Below, in pieces: positions 1 through 9,314 of a stretch of 41,232 bases of DNA. The stretch lies in IMG/VR virus record IMGVR_UViG_2877263951_000005; one strand, written 5' to 3'. The first letter of the stretch is position 1; each line of letters starts with the position of its first letter. The stretch comes from a virus. Its lineage: Duplodnaviria > Heunggongvirae > Uroviricota > Caudoviricetes. The position numbers and the translations under genes were made by a program. Below the pieces are notes generated by a model that ran no database searches, was not told where the DNA came from, and was given only the letters and a program-made list of their open reading frames with translations.

Positions 1-47
1 TTATACCCCGCAGGGGTCATAACATGCTTGACAACTTAATAGGGGCA

Positions 48-738
48 CGTTACTCTCCGGACTCCGCACCGCCGTGTTCTTCGGTTCAAGTCCCAACATC
101 CGGGCGAACTGGCGTGTTTCATTAGCCCGGTAGCATGAACCATTATCCGTCAGCCACTCCACTGGAGACGACGGAAGATCGTTGCCGAAGCGGCGTTCCA
201 CCGCTCCCAGCATGACGTCCTGTACTGTTTCACTGTTGAAGCCGCCGGTAGTCACCGCCCAGTGCAGTGCCTCACGATCACAGCAGTCCAGCGCGAACGT
301 GACACGCAGTCTCTCTCCGTTATCACAGCAGAACTCGAACCCGTCAGAGCACCATCGCTGATTGCTTTCTTTCACGGCCACTCTGCCTGTATGTGCCCGT
401 TTCGATGGCGGTACAGCAGGTTTTCGCTCAAGCAACAGCGCATTCTGGCGCATGAGCCGGTAAACACGTTTGGCATTGATCGCAGGCATACCATCAAGTT
501 CTGCCTGTCTGCGAAGCAGCGCCCATACCCGACGATAACCATACGTGGGCAGCTCTCCGATAACATGGTGTATACGGAGAAGCACATCCGTATCATCAGT
601 GTGACGACTGCGGCGGCCATCCATCCAGTCATCGGTTCGTCTGAGAATGACGTGCAACTGCGCACGCGACACCCGGAGACAACGGCTGACTAAGCTTACT
701 CCCCATCCCCGGGCAATAAGGGCGCGTGCGCTATCCAC
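48..738 (-). pseudogene. insD: IS2 OrfB (InsD) transposase, 3'-truncated
   Basis: Same protein as the 301-aa OrfB at 32498-33403 up to ...RSPESN, then reads into unrelated sequence ([15 protein letters not shown]). Confidence 0.85.
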
Positions 739-1061
739 TTTTTTGCCCGTCCATATTCAACGGCTTCTTTGAGGAGTTCATTTTCCATCGTTTTCTTGCC
801 GAGCAGGCGCTGGAGTTCTTTAATCTGCTTCATGGCGGCAGCAAGTTCAGAGGCAGGAACAACCTGTTCTCCGGCGGCCACAGCAGTAAGACTTCCTTCC
901 TGGTATTGCTTACGCCAGAGAAATAACTGGCTGGCTGCTACACCATGTTGCCGGGCAACGAGGGAGACCGTCATCCCCGGTTCAAAGCTCTGCTGAACAA
1001 TTGCGATCTTTTCCTGTGTGGTACGCCGTCTGCGTTTCTCCGGCCCTAAGACATCAATCAT
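696..1061 (-). CDS. insC: IS2 OrfA (InsC)
   Basis: 121-aa [24 protein letters not shown]... HTH protein, identical to 33361-33726. The track ORF has a spurious N-terminal extension. Confidence 0.9.
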
Positions 1062-1152
1062 CTGTTCTCCAATGACTAGTCTAAAAACTAGTATTAAGAC
1101 TATCACTTAAATAAGTGATACTGGTTGTCTGGAGATTCAGGGGGCCAGTCTA

Positions 1153-1893
1153 GATGCCAACACAAAGGCAACTAATAAAGATACAGATAAAGATCTAAAA
1201 ACAGATCTAACCCATCCCAAACCCTTCCCTTCCGGAAGGGAGTTTCGGGATTTTGTGGCTGGAGTGCTTGAGGGGAGATTATCTGGCGGTACTGCAGCGG
1301 AATTTTGTAATTCTGCGGTGGTTGCGTTGCAGGCTGCTGGCCTGGATGTCTGTCGTGAGTATCCGGTGCCAGAGCGTGGTGACGGTTGCGGAGGGCGGAT
1401 TGATATCGTCGTGACTGACAGGAACGGTGTCCGGTGTGGGATCGAGCTTGACCGAAATTCTCCGCGACAGAAATCACTGCTCAAAATCGGTGCTGTTGAA
1501 ACCGGGATATGTGTCTTGCGGCGCAGTGATATCGCAAGGCACACCGAGCAGGGAATTCTGGTTATCGGTGGGGCTGTTCGCCAGAAAAAATTTGACCCGT
1601 TGTCAGTTGATCTGCCCGACTGGTTGCCAGAAACACTCTGGCATGAGTGGGTTCAGTTCAGGCAGGCATTGCGAAAACCGATTCGAACGGAGCTGGGCGC
1701 TAACGGGGCGATACGGGAACTGGAAAAATTCCGTCAGCAGGGTTTTACACCTGAGCAGGTGATTCGACACAGCATCGCCAATGAATACCAGGGTCTGTTC
1801 GCGCCGAAAGGTGTTCGGCCTGAGACGTTGCTCCGACAGGTTAACACCGTCTCGTTGCCGGACAGTGCGATCCCGCTAGGCTTCAGGGGGTAA
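1153..1893 (+). pseudogene. Prophage replication organiser protein (YdaU/O-like), 5'-truncated by IS2
   Basis: The frame is open from the IS2 boundary (1153). It has a low-complexity linker and then ...DLPDWLPETLWHEWVQFRQALRKPIRTELG.... It sits directly upstream of a DnaC-like loader. Confidence 0.55.
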
Positions 1894-1899
1894 CAGACC

Positions 1900-2646
1900 A
1901 TGAAAAATATTGCGACAGGAGGCGTTCTGGAGCGTATCCGCAGACTGACCCCACCACATGTAACCGCCCCATTCAGAACGGTTGCGGAGTGGCGCGAGTG
2001 GCAACTTGCTGAAGGCCAGAAACGTTGCGAGGAGATCAACCGCCTGAATCGTCAGTTGCGGGTGGAAAAAATCCTGAACCGCTCCGGCATCCAGCCGTTG
2101 CACCGGAAGTGTTCGTTTGCGAATTACCGGGCGCAGAACGACGGTCAGCGACATGCACTGAGTCAGGCGAAATCCATAGCTGACGAACTGATGACAGGCT
2201 GTACGAATTTTGTGTTCAGCGGTAAGCCCGGCACCGGAAAAAATCATCTTGCAGCCGCGATTGGCAACCGGCTGATGGCGAAGGGGCGTAGCGTGATTAT
2301 CGTCACCGTGTCCGATGTCATGAGCGTGTTGCATGAGAGCTACGACAACGGCAAATCCGGTGAAAAATTTTTACAGGAGCTTTGTGGTGTTGACCTGCTG
2401 GTCCTGGATGAAATTGGCATGCAGCGGGATACGAAAAACGAGCAGGTGGTACTGAACCAGATTGTTGATCGCCGGACGGCATCGTTACGCGGTGTGGGGA
2501 TGCTGACAAATATTAACCATGCAGCGATGAATACACTTCTCGGCGAGCGGGTGATGGATCGCATGGTCATGAACGGCGGGCGCTGGGTTAATTTTAACTG
2601 GGAGAGCTGGCGTCCGAATGTTAGCCATTCGAGGGTTGTTAAGTAG
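1900..2646 (+). CDS. DnaC-like replicative helicase loader (prophage, Rac YdaV-like)
   Basis: 248 aa with Walker A GKPGTGKNHLAAAIG and Walker B LLVLDEIG. Collinear with E. coli DnaC (…RSGIQPLHRKCSFANY…LGERVMDRM…). Confidence 0.9.
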   Translation: MKNIATGGVLERIRRLTPPHVTAPFRTVAEWREWQLAEGQKRCEEINRLNRQLRVEKILNRSGIQPLHRKCSFANYRAQNDGQRHALSQAKSIADELMTGCTNFVFSGKPGTGKNHLAAAIGNRLMAKGRSVIIVTVSDVMSVLHESYDNGKSGEKFLQELCGVDLLVLDEIGMQRDTKNEQVVLNQIVDRRTASLRGVGMLTNINHAAMNTLLGERVMDRMVMNGGRWVNFNWESWRPNVSHSRVVK

Positions 2647-2660
2647 TTTCAGGAGGATTT

Positions 2661-3083
2661 ATGGCGAAACCTTTTACTCCCGAACAGCGGGAAGAACTGA
2701 AGACGCGAATTGTGGAACTCGTGCATCAGGACGGTCGGGTCACGATTCGGCAGTTGTCCGATGAAACAGGTATCAGTCGTGCGTCTGTCGGTCGCTTATG
2801 CATAGAACTGGTCGCAAGTGGTGATGTATATAATTCTGGCTACGGCTTATTCCCGTCTGAACAGGCTCGCAAGGACTGGCAAAGCGCCCGCAAAAAACTC
2901 TCGAGAGTAAAGGTGAGGAAACCGGTTGTTGTTGATCCGGACCTTATCTGGTCATTACCTGACGGAGAAATACGCCGCTACGACAGGCGCCTGAATATAA
3001 TCTGTCGCGAGTGCCGGAAGAGCGAAGCTATGCAGCGTGTACTGGCTTTCTATCAGGGTAATTTTCAGGAGGCGATACTGTGA
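2661..3083 (+). CDS. Phage early protein with N-terminal winged-helix/HTH
   Basis: 140-aa ORF with RBS aggagg 7 nt upstream and motif VTIRQLSDETGISRASVGRL. Function not recognised. Confidence 0.55.
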   Translation: MAKPFTPEQREELKTRIVELVHQDGRVTIRQLSDETGISRASVGRLCIELVASGDVYNSGYGLFPSEQARKDWQSARKKLSRVKVRKPVVVDPDLIWSLPDGEIRRYDRRLNIICRECRKSEAMQRVLAFYQGNFQEAIL

Positions 3084-3140
3084 ATGAAATTAGCTATCAG
3101 GCTTCAATTACCGCTGGCATTCGCATCAAAGGAGAGGAGC

Positions 3141-3497
3141 ATGGAAATAAAACCAGAAGATGAGTTAAGCAATATCGTTTTATTTCCGATAAAAGAGGAT
3201 GACCCTCGTAATCAGGTTAATTTTCTTTATAAGCCATCGGAAAGACCATATTGCCATCACGCCTCTGTACGGGTTGACGAAAAAGAGCGTCAGGTCCGCT
3301 GTAAAATCTGCGGTGCGGTTGTGGAGCCGTTTGACTGGATGCTCTCTGTGGCAAAAAGAGAAACCAGACTGGCAGATGATGTAAGGCTATTGCGCCAGGA
3401 GGAACAGGAAAGGCGGAGAAATATAGAAAAGCTGATACAGATTGAGCGTAACGCGAAAGCGCGGATACGCAGGGCGACAAAATCCAGAACTGAATAA
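3141..3497 (+). CDS. Hypothetical phage protein (zinc-ribbon-like CHH...CKIC, basic coiled C-terminus)
   Basis: Start chosen at MEIKPED because of the RBS aaaggagaggagc. The track ORF 3084-3497 extends upstream. Confidence 0.5.
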   Translation: MEIKPEDELSNIVLFPIKEDDPRNQVNFLYKPSERPYCHHASVRVDEKERQVRCKICGAVVEPFDWMLSVAKRETRLADDVRLLRQEEQERRRNIEKLIQIERNAKARIRRATKSRTE

Positions 3498-3589
3498 TTA
3501 AATTTAGCACTGTTAAAAATTTAATCCTTAACCGGAGGGATTTCTGCACCCTCAAATCATCAGGAGACCGCCCGAAAGGGCGGTAATGA

Positions 3590-3808
3590 ATGGTTACATT
3601 ATTTAGAAAAAAATATCCGCGAAAGAGTAGAACAACAGAATTCCTGTTTCTCATTCTGTTTATCGTGTTGATGACACCGATATCCCCGCAAATTTTTGTC
3701 TGGATAATCGGAAAAATAATTGAGCCAGTTATTGAATTGTATAACGACGTGGTATGGGCGTCATTCAACACACTGCACAATAAAATTAATCCGTATAAGG
3801 AAAGCTGA
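3590..3808 (+). CDS. Small putative membrane protein
   Basis: 72 aa with one hydrophobic span, FLFLILFIVLMTPISPQIFVWIIG. Its stop lies 1 nt before the HNH start codon. AT-rich. Confidence 0.35.
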   Translation: MVTLFRKKYPRKSRTTEFLFLILFIVLMTPISPQIFVWIIGKIIEPVIELYNDVVWASFNTLHNKINPYKES

Positions 3809-3809
3809 T

Positions 3810-4175
3810 ATGGCACTGACGAAAAAACAACGTGCAGAACTGCGCATGAAGTTCGGTGGTCGCTGCGCTTATTGCGGCTGCGAACTTGGCGAAAAGTGGC
3901 ATGCAGACCATGTAAAACCGGTCATTCGTTTTGATGGAAATATGCTTCACCAGGAACGTGACGATATATCCAACATGGTACCAGAATGCCACCCATGCAA
4001 TCTGCACAAGCATTGCAGTAGCCTGGAAGATTATCGACGAATTATCAGTGATGGTCGTCGTGAATTCCTTGCGTCCGGGAAAGGCAAAGCGCTGGTTCGT
4101 ATGGGATTGGTTGAAATGAAATCTGACCCGGTTGTGTTCTGGTTTGAAAAATATCAAGAAGGGGCTACGGCATGA
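3810..4175 (+). CDS. HNH endonuclease
   Basis: MALTKKQRAELRMKFGGRCAYCGCEL...HADHVKP...CHPCNLHK is a CxxC...H-N-H...CxxC/H core. The start is in frame within track ORF 3720-4175. Confidence 0.8.
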   Translation: MALTKKQRAELRMKFGGRCAYCGCELGEKWHADHVKPVIRFDGNMLHQERDDISNMVPECHPCNLHKHCSSLEDYRRIISDGRREFLASGKGKALVRMGLVEMKSDPVVFWFEKYQEGATA

Positions 4176-4837
4176 CTACTATTACCAAAGAGCGACTGCA
4201 ATGGCTGGCTAACATTTCTGGCCGCGATGATATTGACGATATAGACGGCGGTGAAATTCGTGAACTGGCGCTTATCGCTCTGGCATCACTGGAAGCAGAG
4301 CCTGTAGCGGAATGCATTGTTGAAGATGGGGGCATGTGTATTGACGGGTTCGGTGAGTATGTGGGTCACTCGCTGCCTGATGGAATGCATGAGCTTTATG
4401 CTGCCCCGCGAATGCGACAACCTGATGGATGGAAAGCCGTAGCTGTAGCGTGGAAGGTGACGTTTACTCAAGTTGACCAGGAATCTAATACGTTCACTGC
4501 TATATATTTTTACAAAGCGGAAGTTGAGCGTTGGGTACGACTGCATAAAGCATGTGATTTTCGGGCAGATATAACACCGCTTTACGCAGCGCCGGCAGTG
4601 CCGGTTGCAGTAAACGACGACATGGCTTACGCATTCCATCACGCACTGTCAGATTCATCGCTTGGCTCTGATGAAATCGAAGAAATTAAAACCGGTTTGC
4701 GTGCTGCCTTTGCCAACGTCACTATCCAACCAGAGCCGATAGTGCCGGATGAAATCGGGCCAAACGATAGTAATACGTTTGATTATGTTGATGGCTGGAA
4801 CGCCTGCCGCGCTGCCATGCTTAAGGGAGATAAATAA
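4172..4837 (+). CDS. Hypothetical phage early protein
   Basis: 221-aa ORF, translationally coupled at both ends (atga overlaps). Contains repeated LYAAP motifs. Confidence 0.55.
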   Translation: MTTITKERLQWLANISGRDDIDDIDGGEIRELALIALASLEAEPVAECIVEDGGMCIDGFGEYVGHSLPDGMHELYAAPRMRQPDGWKAVAVAWKVTFTQVDQESNTFTAIYFYKAEVERWVRLHKACDFRADITPLYAAPAVPVAVNDDMAYAFHHALSDSSLGSDEIEEIKTGLRAAFANVTIQPEPIVPDEIGPNDSNTFDYVDGWNACRAAMLKGDK

Positions 4838-5202
4838 TGATTAATCGAACCAAACTGGAGCACATTCTCGAATATGCCAGGCAGCAGAAATGTATTGGGC
4901 AACTTTGTAAAATTCCACCAGGAGATATGGTTGAAATCGTGGAAATGGCCATGCGTAAGGCTGGCAACTCTCCGGTAACTCTGGCTGGCTGGATAAGCTG
5001 TAGTGATGCAGTTCCTGCTGAATATTGCGATGTGATTCTTCTCGATGATCTCGGGAATGTATTCCCCGGTTCCTGGGATAAGGTTTTTTGCCCCACTCGT
5101 GGCGGGAATAAGATGGCTTTTGTGGACAAAGACGGCGTTGAAGTAGAGAGCTCAACTCACTGGATGCCGCTACCGGAACCACCGCAGGAGGTGAATCAAT
5201 GA
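4837..5202 (+). CDS. DUF551-family phage protein
   Basis: The C-terminal ...STHWMPLPEPPQE is the DUF551 hallmark as I remember it. Confidence 0.6.
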   Translation: MINRTKLEHILEYARQQKCIGQLCKIPPGDMVEIVEMAMRKAGNSPVTLAGWISCSDAVPAEYCDVILLDDLGNVFPGSWDKVFCPTRGGNKMAFVDKDGVEVESSTHWMPLPEPPQEVNQ

Positions 5203-5282
5203 CCTGGCCTGAGGCATTCACCACGGTAGGAATTGCGATGGCGGTGGCGCTGGTGGTGTATTCGATTTGCCGTTGGGGTTAA
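5199..5282 (+). CDS. 27-aa hydrophobic peptide
   Basis: MTWPEAFTTVGIAMAVALVVYSICRWG. It has an atga overlap with the upstream gene and is followed by a strong terminator. Below the track size cutoff. Confidence 0.35.
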   Translation: MTWPEAFTTVGIAMAVALVVYSICRWG

Positions 5283-5290
5283 CAAACAAA

Positions 5291-5318
5291 AACCCCGGAT
5301 TGATGGTCCGGGGTTTTT
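5291..5318 (+). terminator. Rho-independent terminator
   Basis: aaccccgga-ttgatgg-tccggggtt followed by a T run. Confidence 0.75.
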
Positions 5319-5656
5319 GAAGGAAACAAAACAGAAACAGCAATTGCCGTTACCTGTTGTTACCATGGCAAGTAAACGTATCTCAGGCGAGCGCATTGCG
5401 CCGTTCTGACGCAGATAAATTAGCCTGGATAGAAGGTGCTGGCAATAAAAAATAGCGTTTTCTTATCGGTATCGGTAAGATTGCTGCGGGTGCTTGAGGC
5501 TGTCTGCCTCGGGCATGCCACTGTAAGGCAGACAGAGAAAAGCCCCAGTTAACATTACGCGTCCTGCAAGACGCTTAACATTAATCTGAGGCCCAATCTA
5601 TGTCTCACAAATGTAGGTTAGCCTCTTACGTGCCGAAAGGCAAGGAGAAGCAGGCT

Positions 5657-5812
5657 ATGAAGCAGCAAAAGGCGATGTTAATCGCCCTGATCGTCATCTG
5701 TTTAACCGTCATAGTGACGGCACTGGTAACGAGGAAAGACCTCTGCGAGGTACGAATCCGAACCGGCCAGACGGAGGTCGCTGTCTTCACAGCTTACGAA
5801 CCTGAGGAGTAA
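5657..5812 (+). CDS. hokD: Hok/Gef-family type I toxin (HokD/RelF-like)
   Basis: MKQQKAMLIALIVICLTVIVTALVTRKDLCEVRIRTGQTEVAVFTAYEPEE, a 51-aa canonical Hok. Track ORF 5600-5812 is an in-frame upstream extension. Confidence 0.9.
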   Translation: MKQQKAMLIALIVICLTVIVTALVTRKDLCEVRIRTGQTEVAVFTAYEPEE

Positions 5813-5880
5813 GAGACCAGGCGGGGGAGAAATCCCTCGCCACCTCTCATGTGTCAGGCATCCTCAACGCACCCGCACTA

Positions 5881-5902
5881 AACCCGCTTTGGCGGGTTTT
5901 TT
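5881..5902 (+). terminator. hok mRNA terminator
   Basis: aacccgc-tttg-gcgggtt plus a T run. Confidence 0.75.
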
Positions 5903-6048
5903 GTTGCGTGCTGAATACGCAGGGTGAAAAATAACCATATATTTGATTATATACACAACAAAAAATAAAAGTCATTGTACTTGCACATTAAACAATCAAA
6001 TATACGGCGTGAAATAAATATTTATCAGATTAATATTTTTGTCTCTAT

Positions 6049-6300
6049 GTGGATATAACCGTTTGTACTTATAAACCTGGGGGCATCGTGGAAAAAATAA
6101 AGAAACTATTTAGTAGCAAATACGCAGTCATACGTCGTGATGACCTGTCAGTTATAGTCGAAATGGATTACTTCCCTGAAACCCCAAAATCAATAATGTA
6201 TCGTAATGGTCGAAAGGCAATTTTTTTACCGATGAGGGTAAGTGACATTATGGGAAATGATAAACTGCTGGATGAATTGCGAGTCAGAGCATCCTGTTAG
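6049..6300 (+). CDS. Hypothetical protein (AT-rich moron-like ORF)
   Basis: 83-aa ORF with a GTG start after a very AT-rich leader. Its stop codon lies inside the IS1 target duplication, so the ORF is intact. No family recognised. Confidence 0.35.
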   Translation: MDITVCTYKPGGIVEKIKKLFSSKYAVIRRDDLSVIVEMDYFPETPKSIMYRNGRKAIFLPMRVSDIMGNDKLLDELRVRASC

Positions 6301-6317
6301 TAGGTAATGACTCCAAC

Positions 6318-6821
6318 TTACTGATAGTGTTTTATGTTCAGATAATGCCCGATGACCTTGTCATGCAGCTCCACCGATTTTGAGAACGACAGTGACTTCC
6401 GTACCAGCCTTGCCAGATGTTGTCTCAGATTCAGATTATGTCGCTCAATGCGCTGAGTGTAACGCTTGCTGATAACGTGCAGCTTTCCCTTCAGGCGTGA
6501 TTCATACAGCGGCCAGCCATCCGTCATCCATACCACGACCTCAAAGGCCGACAGCAGGCTCAGAAGACGCTCCAGTGTGGCCAGAGTGCGTTCACCGAAG
6601 ACGTGCGCCACAACCGTCCTCCGTATCCTGTCATACGCGTAAAACAGCCAGCGCTGACGTGATTTAGCACCGACGTAGCCCCAATGTTCGTCCATTTCAG
6701 CGCAGACAATCACATCACTGCCCGGTTGTATGCGCGAGGTTACCGACTGCGGCCTGAGTTTTTTAAGTGACGTAAAACCGTGTTGAGGCCAACGCCCATA
6801 ATGCGTGCACTGGCGCGACAT
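6318..6821 (-). CDS. insB: IS1 InsB' frame (made as InsAB' by -1 frameshift)
   Basis: 167-aa ORF identical or near-identical in all four IS1 copies. Confidence 0.9.
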   Translation of the reverse strand: MSRQCTHYGRWPQHGFTSLKKLRPQSVTSRIQPGSDVIVCAEMDEHWGYVGAKSRQRWLFYAYDRIRRTVVAHVFGERTLATLERLLSLLSAFEVVVWMTDGWPLYESRLKGKLHVISKRYTQRIERHNLNLRQHLARLVRKSLSFSKSVELHDKVIGHYLNIKHYQ

Positions 6822-7015
6822 CCGACGCCATTCATGGCCATATCAATGATTTTCTGGTGCGTACCGGGCTGAGAGGCGGTGTAAGTGAACTGTAGTTGCC
6901 ATGTTTTACGGCAATGAGAGCAGAGATAGCGCTGATGTCCGGCAGTGCTTTTGCCGTTACGCACCACGCCTTCAGTAGCGGAGCAGGAAGGACATCTGAT
7001 GGAAATGGAAGCCAC
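6740..7015 (-). CDS. insA: IS1 InsA
   Basis: 91 aa, [40 protein letters not shown]... Confidence 0.95.
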   Translation of the reverse strand: MASISIRCPSCSATEGVVRNGKSTAGHQRYLCSHCRKTWQLQFTYTASQPGTHQKIIDMAMNGVGCRASARIMGVGLNTVLRHLKNSGRSR

Positions 7016-7148
7016 GCAAGCACCTTAAAATCACCATCATACACTAAATCAGTAAGTTGGCAGCATTACCCTGTTAGTATTGGCATTAATTCTGGTATAC
7101 TACATAACGGGCTGAACACCCATTCTACTGCGCCAGCGGAGAACTACG

Positions 7149-7748
7149 ATGGCGCATATACAACTGGTCAAACAAACCTCTTCCGGATTACTTCTCCCGG
7201 CGACGCCGGAGAGTTGCGATTTTTTGCATCAAATCAAAATAGGTGAGTGGATACACGCAGACTTTAAGCGTGTGCGTAACTACGCATTCCACAAGCGTTT
7301 TTTCAAACTCCTGCAACTGGGATTTGATTACTGGACTCCGGTCGGTGGGGCGATCACGCCTCGCGAACGAAAACTGGTATCAGGCTTCGTTGATTACCTG
7401 TGCGAATCAGTAGGTCGGGAACACACTCCAGCCCTGAGTGATGCCGCAGAGCAATACCTTAATACAGTTGCGACATGCAGAACCCGGGATACGGCATTGC
7501 TAAAGTCGTTTGACGCTTTCCGCGAGTGGGTAACCATTCAGGCCGGATTTTACACCGAGCATATTTATCCTGATGGTAGTCGTGGGCGCAGGGCAAAATC
7601 TATCGCATTTGCGAACATGGACGAAACCGAGTTTCAGCAGGTTTATAAATCTGTACTGAATGTGCTGTGGAACTGGATCCTGTTCCGTAAATTTTCCTCT
7701 CCGGAGGAAGTCGAAAATGTGGCCGCGCAGTTACTGGAGTTTGCGTAA
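7149..7748 (+). CDS. Lambdoid nin-region protein (DUF1367-like)
   Basis: 199-aa ORF immediately upstream of, and coupled to, a YbcO-like gene and a Q-like gene. Family name is from memory. Confidence 0.55.
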   Translation: MAHIQLVKQTSSGLLLPATPESCDFLHQIKIGEWIHADFKRVRNYAFHKRFFKLLQLGFDYWTPVGGAITPRERKLVSGFVDYLCESVGREHTPALSDAAEQYLNTVATCRTRDTALLKSFDAFREWVTIQAGFYTEHIYPDGSRGRRAKSIAFANMDETEFQQVYKSVLNVLWNWILFRKFSSPEEVENVAAQLLEFA

Positions 7749-8038
7749 TGGTGGATTTACGTAAAGCGGCGCGGGGGCAGATGTGCACCGTCAGAATTCC
7801 TGGCTACTGCAATCACAATCCCGAAACTTCTGTGCTGGCGCATTACAGGCTGGCGGGGACGTGCGGAACAGCGACAAAACCACACGATATGCAGGCAGCG
7901 ATTGCCTGTAGCTCATGCCACGATTTAATCGACGGGCGGGTAAAAACCAGCGATTACACCAAAGAAGAATTACGCCTGATGCATGCAGAAGGTGTTTTTC
8001 GCACACAAGAAATCTGGAGAAAGGAAGGTTATTTATGA
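7748..8038 (+). CDS. YbcO-like protein (DUF1364, putative nuclease)
   Basis: MVDLRKAARGQMCTVRIPGYCNHNPETSVLAHYRL...IACSSCHDLIDGR is collinear with E. coli DLP12 YbcO (96 aa). Confidence 0.8.
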   Translation: MVDLRKAARGQMCTVRIPGYCNHNPETSVLAHYRLAGTCGTATKPHDMQAAIACSSCHDLIDGRVKTSDYTKEELRLMHAEGVFRTQEIWRKEGYL

Positions 8039-8589
8039 TTTACCCAACAAATACAGGCAAAAGCGGGGAACACCTTCGTCTCACCACGCTGGAAAGTGTC
8101 TGGATTCAGGGAAAACTGCGCATGTGGGGGCGCTGGTCGTATATTGGCGGCGGTAAGACGGGAAATATGTTTAACCAGTTGCTGGCATCCAAAAAATTGA
8201 CGAAAACAGCCGTCAATGAAGCCCTGCGCAGGATGAAAAAAGCGGGAATAGAGAAACCTGAGCTGGAAGCGTTTTTGCGAGAGATGATCAATGGCAAGCA
8301 AAAGACCTGGCTGGCGCATTGTACTGATGCAGAGGCGTTATGTATTGATAGAGTCATAAGTGAGGTGCTGGCAGAGCATCCTGGATTGATTAGTGTCCTC
8401 CGGCAACGGTATGAAGGGCGGGGGATGACTAAGCGTAAAATGGCTGAATTGCTGAATGACGCACACCCTGAGTGGTGTTTCCGGACGTGCTGCAGTCGGG
8501 TAGATGTATGGCTAAATCTTGCTGAATATATGCTCTATCTACCGATGCGTGATGCATTCTCTTCCGGGGATCTAAAAACCGTTTGTTGA
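8035..8589 (+). CDS. Putative late-gene antiterminator Q-like protein (DUF1133-type)
   Basis: 184 aa starting MIYPTNTGKSGEHL (atga overlap with the ybcO-like stop). It is the last gene before a consensus-like promoter plus terminator pair. Identification rests partly on position. Confidence 0.5.
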   Translation: MIYPTNTGKSGEHLRLTTLESVWIQGKLRMWGRWSYIGGGKTGNMFNQLLASKKLTKTAVNEALRRMKKAGIEKPELEAFLREMINGKQKTWLAHCTDAEALCIDRVISEVLAEHPGLISVLRQRYEGRGMTKRKMAELLNDAHPEWCFRTCCSRVDVWLNLAEYMLYLPMRDAFSSGDLKTVC

Positions 8590-8615
8590 CTCAATCTGTT
8601 ATCCGGGGCTATATT
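8586..8615 (+). promoter_or_regulatory. Candidate late promoter (PR'-like)
   Basis: -35 ttgact (8586-8591), 18-nt spacer, -10 tatatt (8610-8615), directly after the Q-like gene. Confidence 0.5.
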
Positions 8616-8677
8616 CCTCACGCGCCAGCAAAATCTGGCGTCGGGATTGGCGTCCCGGATGTTTACGGAGCGATATG

Positions 8678-8699
8678 AGACGCGCCCGCGTCTTTTTTC
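8678..8699 (+). terminator. tR'-like terminator downstream of the late promoter
   Basis: agacgcg-cc-cgcgtct followed by tttttt, about 65 nt after the -10 element. Confidence 0.65.
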
Positions 8700-8976
8700 A
8701 TATCGTTTGCACAGTCACATTCGCGATTTATGGCGGGCTGTGTGGGGGAGCCGAAAGGCTCGCCGGTTTCCGTACCCGGTTACGCCAACCCTGCACAGTT
8801 CGCCACCAGTTCGATTGGCGTCGTCGGTGGCGATAATTTCCAAATGTACGGAGTTATCGTTATGACCACTCAAATCTCTGTTGAAACTCTCTCCCCGATC
8901 ACCCATAACCAGTGAGGTAGCCTGAGTTTAACGGACACTCCTTCCTGAAATAGAATGGCATCAGAAGGAGCTAATA

Positions 8977-9279
8977 ATGAGCAGAAAAACCCAACGTTAC
9001 TCTAAAGAGTTCAAAGCCGAAGCTGTCAGAACGGTTCTTGAAAATCAACTTTCGATCAGTGAAGGCGCTTCCCGATTATCCCTTCCTGAAGGCACTTTAG
9101 GACAATGGGTTACCGCCGCCAGAAAAGGGCTCGGTACTCCTGGTTCCCGCACGGTGGCTGAACTGGAATCTGAAATTCTGCAACTGCGTAAGGCGTTAAA
9201 TGAAGCTCGCCTTGAGCTCGATATATTAAAAAAAGCAACAGCGTATTTTGCACAGGAGTCGCTGAAAAATACGCGTTAA
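8977..9279 (+). CDS. IS600 OrfA
   Basis: 100 aa, [20 protein letters not shown]... This copy has ...ARLELDILKK where the other copies have ...[10 protein letters not shown]. Confidence 0.9.
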   Translation: MSRKTQRYSKEFKAEAVRTVLENQLSISEGASRLSLPEGTLGQWVTAARKGLGTPGSRTVAELESEILQLRKALNEARLELDILKKATAYFAQESLKNTR

Positions 9280-9314
9280 TCGAACAATGGCGACAACAAT
9301 TTCCCATTGAAGCG

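Larger units (their letters stand above)
48..1152 (-). mobile_element. IS2, partial copy (about 226 bp of the IRR-proximal end missing)
   Basis: Co-linear and near-identical with the complete IS2 at 32487-33816 (offset 32665) from nt 48. The terminal IR ...ggagattcagggggccagtcta ends at 1152. nt 1-47 are unrelated DNA. Confidence 0.9.
6303..7070 (-). mobile_element. IS1 copy 1 (768 bp), simple insertion
   Basis: Ends are ggtaatgactccaac... and ...gttggcagcattacc. A 9-bp TSD ctgttagta lies at 6294-6302 and 7071-7079. Confidence 0.97.

Noticed and set aside
1-47. The 47 nt to the left of the truncated IS2 (ttataccccgcaggggtcataacatgcttgacaacttaataggggca) as an identifiable element.
   Set aside because: It is too short and sits at the window edge. 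I could not match it to any IS end or gene in the window.
262-693. Antisense ORFs inside IS elements and sit genes. Examples: 262-693, 372-665, 726-996, 6896-7246, 9350-9589, 18508-19283, 19488-19871, 20353-20734, 21546-21902, 26917-27345, 32927-33358.
   Set aside because: Each lies wholly within, and opposite to or out of frame with, a well-supported transposase or transporter gene. They recur identically in every IS copy. These are the typical shadow ORFs of GC-balanced coding DNA.
1255-1500. A possible PD-(D/E)xK-like nuclease motif (…GGRIDIVVTDRNGVRCGIELDRNSPRQK…) inside the truncated replication protein.
   Set aside because: The motif is too short and degenerate (E-L-D rather than E-x-K) to call by eye. 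It would need profile or structure searches.
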